A stretch of 59,151 bases of DNA, filler included. It is 3 parts of 3 records of this genome, joined end to end, with 100 filler letters (N's around TTAATTAATTAA, not from the genome) between each part and the next. Parts side by side here need not be neighbours in the genome. Positions count along the whole stretch, not along the records: positions 45,059 to 59,151 come from SRR31156797_3080; 2 more parts are not named here. One strand, given 5' to 3'. The translations under genes and the position numbers were made by a program. Shown piece after piece: positions 53,847-59,151 of this stretch. How positions within the stretch are numbered: the stretch's first letter is position 1; each line of letters begins with the position of its first letter. The notes under the pieces were generated by a model. That model saw nothing but the letters and a program-made list of their open reading frames with translations, had not been told where the DNA came from and ran no database searches.

Positions 53847-56092
53847 GCTTGGTAAGCCATTCCTTCAGGCGCCCGACCTTCAGGTTCAACAACCGGAGTA
53901 GCCACTTGTGGCCCCTTCCGGTCAGGCCCAGCCATAGTCACCTGCGTTTTAAGTTTCATTGCATCCCGGGAAAGCTCAGACTTAATCTTTTCCAGGGAAA
54001 TTCCCTTCGTATTTGCCAGCTCCATCATTTTGATGTTTTGGTCCATCTCCTTCATGGCCCGCTCGTGCTGCCGTTGACGCTCCTGTTCCTGAGCATCAAA
54101 ATTTAATTTTTCCACGGCAGCCTGTTGTGTAAGCTGAGCCTTTTTCAACTCCGTATCGCTTCGAATCTTGGCCGCCATCAATGTAGGATCTTGCGGGGCA
54201 GATGCCGCTTTCTTCCGCTGTTCCTTCGCCGCGTTAAAATCCTCTTCGGTCTTGGCAATATCCAACCGCAAAGAGGAGAGAACCTGGTCAACAGCCTTGT
54301 CCCAATCCACCTTGAGATTAAAATCCGGATCTTGCTTCATGGCCATAACCTGCATCAGGGTTCTGGCCTGCTGGTCTTTTTCATAAAGAACCGACGTTCC
54401 CCGGGCGTCAACGCTGAAGTCCCCCTTGATCTCAGGGTCGTCATTGTATTGCATGTTCCAGTCATAATACCGGGTCAGGTGAGGTTTTGTGATACAATCG
54501 TCAAATAGCTTTACCCTGGATCTGAGGGCGATATTCGCAGAATCCACCATGATGTTTGTGGCGCCCAAAGTTTCTGGGGCCTCGGATTTTTCTCCCTGGA
54601 ACAACATGGGCATGGCGGTTTCCATATCCACAAACTTAAGGGCTATATCAATGATGGCTTGGAGTTGGGCTTGGTTGTTCCCGATCTGGAATTGTGCAAA
54701 AGCCTTGCGGACATCGTCCTCGGCAATATCATCTGAATCCAGCATCTTCCATATTTTTTTACCCGTGATTTCCCACTTGCCATCTGCCGGCTTCAACCGA
54801 TTAGATAAAACAATATTGGCCCCGGAAGAATCACCGGCATTGTCCATCATAGCCCGCCAAGCAGCGGTAATGATCCGCTGCAACCAGAAAAGAATCCTTG
54901 GGACACCTATCCCCCAGGGAGAACCTGCAACTGTCGTCCATGGAAAAAAATCATAAGGCAACTCGCCAGTGTCCAAGACATTGAGCATCACCTTTATGGG
55001 GACCTCATTTACAAACACCACGCAAGCCGAGAAAGACTGGGTAACATCATCGTGGGAAATATCAACATCAAGGGCTTCAAGATCTTCTCGGTCGAGATCC
55101 CCGTAATACTCCCACTTTTCAAAGAGGTTCCCGCTGCCTGCTGTGGATTGCAGAACTCTATGGCGACTTTCCTTGTCGTTATAACCAACTCTCGTCCTAA
55201 CCGGTTCCTGCCTGAGAATTTCCTTTATCTGGTCCTCAAAATACCCATCAACACCGACAAGGTCCCGTAGTTCCCTGGGAAGGATCATGTCTCTTTCCCA
55301 AATGTACGAAGCCCGACGAATATCCTCTCCGCAGTCAGGGTCAGGATAAACATTCCAACAAGAAACGTCTTTTGACGCAGGGGATTTTTCTTCGATCACG
55401 GCCAGAGCAAAAACACCGTCACCCTGATCCTGCCACTTTTTATGTACCCTTTTTACAACATTCGGGCCTTTTAAGATGCCAGTCCCAAGCCTGACACCTC
55501 CCCGAACAACCTTTCGATTTTCTGCATTGTATCCGCACTCAACGAGCTGATCCTCAACAACATTTTCCATGCCGCTCATCTTTTTACGGATACCGTCCAA
55601 GTCCTTTTTTGCGACATCGGAGATCGTGCTTTGTGACCCATCTTCATTGATAACAGGGTGACCCATGACTGCTGCAGGTGTTTTGTTCTGCATAGCTTCC
55701 TGGATCATCGGATCAGGAGTAATGTCCAGGCCCCAATTTTTATCATCTGTGGGAAACATGATTTCTGAAAATCGGCCTTCTGCCACCTCGCACTTGCCCC
55801 GGATAATATTTACGATCACTTTTGACCGCTTCGGACCTTTTTCCTTAACCGGCGCAGTGCCTGTTGCATAGTCAATCATTGACGTGCCACCAGGGCTATC
55901 CGGATCGATACCGTCAAAGAGGGCTTCATCCTCACGCCATCTGCGCTCGACGCCTGAAGCTGCCCGAAAAGCAACAGCCTCATCCCTTTTTTGAAGCAGT
56001 GCGCTTGCCAGCTTAAGCAAAACTTCGCGTTCCCCTTGACCTTCCTGCGAGTCAGCTTCAAGCCCTTCTGTTTGTCCGGTATATTCGTCCAT
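53843..56092 (-). CDS. Portal (head-tail connector) protein
   Basis: Follows TerL; GTGILKGP, WNVYPDP, PWGIGVP, AAWRAMMDN, ETLGATNI, IKGDF.VDARG; Gln-rich coiled-coil barrel. Confidence 0.85.
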   Translation of the reverse strand: MDEYTGQTEGLEADSQEGQGEREVLLKLASALLQKRDEAVAFRAASGVERRWREDEALFDGIDPDSPGGTSMIDYATGTAPVKEKGPKRSKVIVNIIRGKCEVAEGRFSEIMFPTDDKNWGLDITPDPMIQEAMQNKTPAAVMGHPVINEDGSQSTISDVAKKDLDGIRKKMSGMENVVEDQLVECGYNAENRKVVRGGVRLGTGILKGPNVVKRVHKKWQDQGDGVFALAVIEEKSPASKDVSCWNVYPDPDCGEDIRRASYIWERDMILPRELRDLVGVDGYFEDQIKEILRQEPVRTRVGYNDKESRHRVLQSTAGSGNLFEKWEYYGDLDREDLEALDVDISHDDVTQSFSACVVFVNEVPIKVMLNVLDTGELPYDFFPWTTVAGSPWGIGVPRILFWLQRIITAAWRAMMDNAGDSSGANIVLSNRLKPADGKWEITGKKIWKMLDSDDIAEDDVRKAFAQFQIGNNQAQLQAIIDIALKFVDMETAMPMLFQGEKSEAPETLGATNIMVDSANIALRSRVKLFDDCITKPHLTRYYDWNMQYNDDPEIKGDFSVDARGTSVLYEKDQQARTLMQVMAMKQDPDFNLKVDWDKAVDQVLSSLRLDIAKTEEDFNAAKEQRKKAASAPQDPTLMAAKIRSDTELKKAQLTQQAAVEKLNFDAQEQERQRQHERAMKEMDQNIKMMELANTKGISLEKIKSELSRDAMKLKTQVTMAGPDRKGPQVATPVVEPEGRAPEGMAYQA

Positions 56093-57378
56093 TAATATCC
56101 CACCACTGAATCCATTGCGCTGTAGCCTACGTGCATGACTTGCTGCTGCCTGATCTCATCGTTTTTCATCCTGTCTGCGTTCACCGATATGTATCTGATA
56201 TTGTCTGCTCCATGGGAATATTCATCATGAACCGGGGACCCGGGTTCGCTTGTCTGTTTATTGATGTGTCTGCGGTATCTCTTGATGCATTCCACCAGGC
56301 GCTTACAATTTGTTTCGTCAATAGCCATTCTGCCCATGGCCATGCGAGTGACTTTAATACCCTCCTCAACCCCGAGTTCAACAATTTGTTCTCGCTTCGG
56401 GACTTTCCAACCAAGCTTTCTGAGAATTTGAGCCGTTGTTTTTCCGGTTTTAAAATCTCCGGCGTATCCATCATGGGGAAGCCAGACCTTTCCCCAATTT
56501 AGGTTCATTTTCTTCAACTCGGCGCTGTACCAGTCCAGGGTTTTGTGTGACTCTTCGATATATTTAATGATCCTAATTTCTGAAATATGCCGCTGAACAA
56601 TGGATATGGACATAGAGTCGTTCCAGCCCAGGTCAAAAACGACATGTGCTTTAAGCATGGGATCATATGGAACCCGGCAAATGCGCTGTTCGGACTCCAT
56701 CTTTTCTACTTCATCGTGATAGATAGCCCCGGCGACTGCTGGCCGGCACTTACCCTCCCAGATATTCGGGTATCCTTTTGGGTCAGTTTTCTTACAATGC
56801 AACCTTTCTTTTTCCATCACATCATTGAACCATGGATTATCAATATAGTTCATGGTTACAACAACGGCATCCTCCGGCTGATTAATTACAAACCGAACGT
56901 GTGTAGGATCAGTCTCAAGTTCCGGGTTATACGATACCCAAACTTCTGAATTCTCTTTTCTGATTGTCGGGAGTAAAATTTCCCAGGATCGGTTAGAAAT
57001 AACCTGCCCTTCCTCCACCCACACAATATCAACACCCTCAAATGATTTTATGGATTCGTTTGTTTGGTCTGAGAGCCCAGAGAAAAAGATACCAGTGCCG
57101 TTACTGCCTCTTATTTCAGTCGCAAGAACGGTGTATTTGGCCCCAAGCCCAAGAAGCTGGATTTGATCCTTAAGCAGCTTATGAACAGAATCCTTAATTG
57201 ACTTCTGGACTTCCCTGGTGCAAAGAATCCGGATGGGTTTCATCGCCCCCAAAATCAATAGAGCCCGAGCGAACCCCCACGACTTTCCAGACCCCCTACC
57301 ACCCTTGGCAACTTTGTACCGGGCTGGCTGGAACAGAAAATCTAATTTTTCGGGAAATTGAACTTTGGGTTTTGCCAT
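56092..57378 (-). CDS. Terminase large subunit (PBSX/XtmB family)
   Basis: GGRGSGKS Walker A, REVQKSIKDS, WVEEGQ Walker B, PTIRK..SE, DNPW, FDLGWND, HD.YSHGAD..RY. Confidence 0.95.
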   Translation of the reverse strand: MAKPKVQFPEKLDFLFQPARYKVAKGGRGSGKSWGFARALLILGAMKPIRILCTREVQKSIKDSVHKLLKDQIQLLGLGAKYTVLATEIRGSNGTGIFFSGLSDQTNESIKSFEGVDIVWVEEGQVISNRSWEILLPTIRKENSEVWVSYNPELETDPTHVRFVINQPEDAVVVTMNYIDNPWFNDVMEKERLHCKKTDPKGYPNIWEGKCRPAVAGAIYHDEVEKMESEQRICRVPYDPMLKAHVVFDLGWNDSMSISIVQRHISEIRIIKYIEESHKTLDWYSAELKKMNLNWGKVWLPHDGYAGDFKTGKTTAQILRKLGWKVPKREQIVELGVEEGIKVTRMAMGRMAIDETNCKRLVECIKRYRRHINKQTSEPGSPVHDEYSHGADNIRYISVNADRMKNDEIRQQQVMHVGYSAMDSVVGY

Positions 57379-57382
57379 CTAC

Positions 57383-57964
57383 TTACGCCTTAATAAACTC
57401 TATTTGTATACCGTCAACGTCGTCTGCAGCGGATGATTCGTCTAAATTATACGCCTCACGCTCCAAAGCGATTCTCTGCGCCCGGACCTGAGACAATGCC
57501 TTTAAGGTCTCAGCTTTTTCCTTCACGGTGAGACTCAGCTTGGTTTCCGTAACATCCCCTTGATAACTCGACACATGTACTTTTTGGGGGTCTCCGCCTA
57601 AATCCTCGAGCAGCTTGTCCTCATGAGTAATGAGTGCCGCGATCTCTTTCCGGTGCCGCAAAACCACATTACTGCCGGTCTCTGCAGCATGGTGAACAAC
57701 CTCCTCATCGGACATGTTCGCGTGCGCACCACCACTGCGCACTAAGTTCTCGCGCACCCGGTTTTTTACCCGGTCGGCCAGGTTCTTTTTCCAACCCTTG
57801 ATTCTTGCCTGCTTGCGGATAACCGCCTCAGATATCGACGTTTTCCACGTTTCCGAATCTTTGTGCACCTCACCATACTGGGCCGCAATTTCATAATTTG
57901 AGAGCGCACCAACCCGGTATAACGGCTCGATATAATCCCAGTTTATGAGTTTGCGGCCTGCCAT
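57383..57964 (-). CDS. Terminase small subunit
   Basis: INWDYIE..YR.G.LS..EIA...ISEAVIRK.A...GW HTH pattern; LEREAYNLD; directly upstream of TerL. Start at MAGRKL. Confidence 0.75.
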   Translation of the reverse strand: MAGRKLINWDYIEPLYRVGALSNYEIAAQYGEVHKDSETWKTSISEAVIRKQARIKGWKKNLADRVKNRVRENLVRSGGAHANMSDEEVVHHAAETGSNVVLRHRKEIAALITHEDKLLEDLGGDPQKVHVSSYQGDVTETKLSLTVKEKAETLKALSQVRAQRIALEREAYNLDESSAADDVDGIQIEFIKA

Positions 57965-57968
57965 ATGA

Positions 57969-58367
57969 TTATTTTTCCGGACCCTTACACTCAGCAGGTT
58001 TTTCCCACCAATTTTTAAACTCAGACTTTCCGTTATCATCAAGGGGAGGCATTCTGGTTCGCAGGCCATTCCACACGGAAAACGATAATTTTTCCCGTCC
58101 ACCATCTGGATATCGCAGATAAACCCCCCGGGTTTTTGCACTAAGGGAAAACACGTAACGCTCAATCACCGCATCAACCCACACGCCCGTTGCGCCGTTC
58201 ATGATTTGCACGACATCTTCCGTGTACGGATTCCCGTCGATATCAAATTTCCGAAGGCGGTAAAGATTGTAAGCCGTTAATATTTTCCCAATTTCTTTTT
58301 TAAAAAACGCGATGGTGGCAGGGATCATTACTACAGCAAACACCCAGTTGTTTAATATTTCATTCAT
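57969..58367 (-). CDS. Phage membrane-anchored hypothetical protein
   Basis: N-terminal TM segment (WVFAVVMIPATIAFF); co-oriented. Confidence 0.55.
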   Translation of the reverse strand: MNEILNNWVFAVVMIPATIAFFKKEIGKILTAYNLYRLRKFDIDGNPYTEDVVQIMNGATGVWVDAVIERYVFSLSAKTRGVYLRYPDGGREKLSFSVWNGLRTRMPPLDDNGKSEFKNWWEKPAECKGPEK

Positions 58368-58434
58368 GATTCTTCTCTCATTCTATATAGATAAAAAAGG
58401 GGTAACAGCACGGCCAGGAGACAAAACCGTTTCA

Positions 58435-58647
58435 TCACTGCGCCCCCGTAAACAATCGTTTAAAAAAGCTTTTCTTTGGTTCGCGCACCCGGCCGGCCGA
58501 CTTAGCCCGCTGGATTATCCGGGCAAGCTGAGCCTCTGTGATATATCCGTCCATCTCCACACCGTTTTTATTGATCACCGTTACCGGTACGTGCGGTGGA
58601 TATCCCTCTGTGTGGATTGTTTCTGATAGGTAGATTTTGTTTTTCAC
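58435..58647 (-). CDS. Phage hypothetical protein
   Basis: GTG start overlapping the upstream stop; GAGGGG RBS. Confidence 0.5.
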   Translation of the reverse strand: MKNKIYLSETIHTEGYPPHVPVTVINKNGVEMDGYITEAQLARIIQRAKSAGRVREPKKSFFKRLFTGAQ

Positions 58648-59009
58648 TGCTCTATCCCCTCTTTTTTACCCATAAGCCTCTCGTCATGACGGGTTAAAAT
58701 ATCTTGGTGCCGTTCAGTCCGGGCATACAACTCTTTGATGTGGTTCGATGTGCCGGTTTTATCCGCAAAGCGATCAGCCAGTGTCTCCCGGCAGGACGTC
58801 TGCCTGGATAAATACTCTTTTTGATTGTTAAGGATGTCGGCCAGCATCTTTTTACCGAGCCATGACACAATCGTTAGGAGTACGGTGATAACGCCAAACC
58901 CGATAGTGATGAGAACAGCCTCAGGGGTCCAAGGAGTAGAAGCCCCGGGTGCCTGCACCTGCGCCTGGGGGATAGTGGCAATAAGAGAAGCGAAGGCAAT
59001 CAATAACAT
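58644..59009 (-). CDS. Phage membrane protein (holin-like or lysis-region), start uncertain
   Basis: TM segment VLITIGFGVITVLLTIVSWL followed by a coiled coil; located upstream of TerS. Confidence 0.45.
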   Translation of the reverse strand: MLLIAFASLIATIPQAQVQAPGASTPWTPEAVLITIGFGVITVLLTIVSWLGKKMLADILNNQKEYLSRQTSCRETLADRFADKTGTSNHIKELYARTERHQDILTRHDERLMGKKEGIEQ

Positions 59010-59151
59010 ACTGCAACCAAGTCAAAAGATTTAGGCACCCGGGGAAAATAAGTCATCTCATCAATCCTTAAAAGGTCATCATGCTTTGCGTATGGAGCCG
59101 CGTACAATTAACGTTTATATGATACACCCGATTTTAGGCCTCCACGGAAAA

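Larger units (their letters stand above)
45059..59151 (-). mobile_element. Podovirus-like phage/prophage packaging, head and tail module
   Basis: Co-oriented, tightly packed TerS-TerL-portal-scaffold-MCP-adaptor-nozzle-fibre genes; no sheath, tube or tape measure gene in the window. Confidence 0.9.

Noticed and set aside
57965-58165. N-terminal extension of TerS in the ORF track; similar over-long starts at 1760, 13924, 25939, 35673, 42450, 43456, 48708 and 52726
   Set aside because: These overlap neighbouring genes or promoters, and downstream starts fit RBS, overlap and family N-termini better.
59001-59056. Possible frameshifted upstream start (MTYFPRVPK...) for the 121-aa membrane ORF
   Set aside because: It is out of frame with an early stop and no clear slippery site; it cannot be resolved without homologues or reads.

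Overview
The window is a composite of three unrelated contigs joined by artificial 100-nt linkers (44 N + TTAATTAATTAA + 44 N at 27099-27198 and 44959-45058), so gene neighbourhoods across the linkers mean nothing. Contig 1 (1-27098) is Bacteroidota-type chromosome, based on TAnnTTTG promoters and T9SS C-terminal sorting domains. It carries split transketolase, yigZ, trmD, recR, glmM, aroE, rplS, rnz and rpsA, plus secreted enzymes, two radical SAM genes and stacked 7-/9-mer intergenic tandem repeats. Contig 2 (27199-44958) looks Desulfobacterota/deltaproteobacterial. It carries a sigma54 signalling cascade, a liv-type ABC transporter whose LivG has a four-TM insert, a nucleotide-sugar dehydrogenase, an AbfD-like dehydratase in an operon with a GlpA/LhgO-TrxB-DUF1667 oxidoreductase trio behind a structured leader, and a FIST protein next to a hybrid kinase. 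Contig 3 (45059-59151) is the packaging, head and short-tail module of a podovirus-like phage (TerS, PBSX-type TerL, portal, scaffold, N4-gp56-type capsid, adaptor, nozzle, fibre). The most striking observation is a 67-aa gene inserted between portal and scaffold that repeats the phage's own capsid motif (FRRLKPFxA) with only synonymous codon differences. It lies next to an 18-codon remnant resembling a phage accessory/anti-defence-associated N-terminus, and is a candidate capsid-mimic (decoy or assembly modulator). No rRNA, tRNA, CRISPR array or transposase was seen. All assignments come from motif recognition only; no database search was run.
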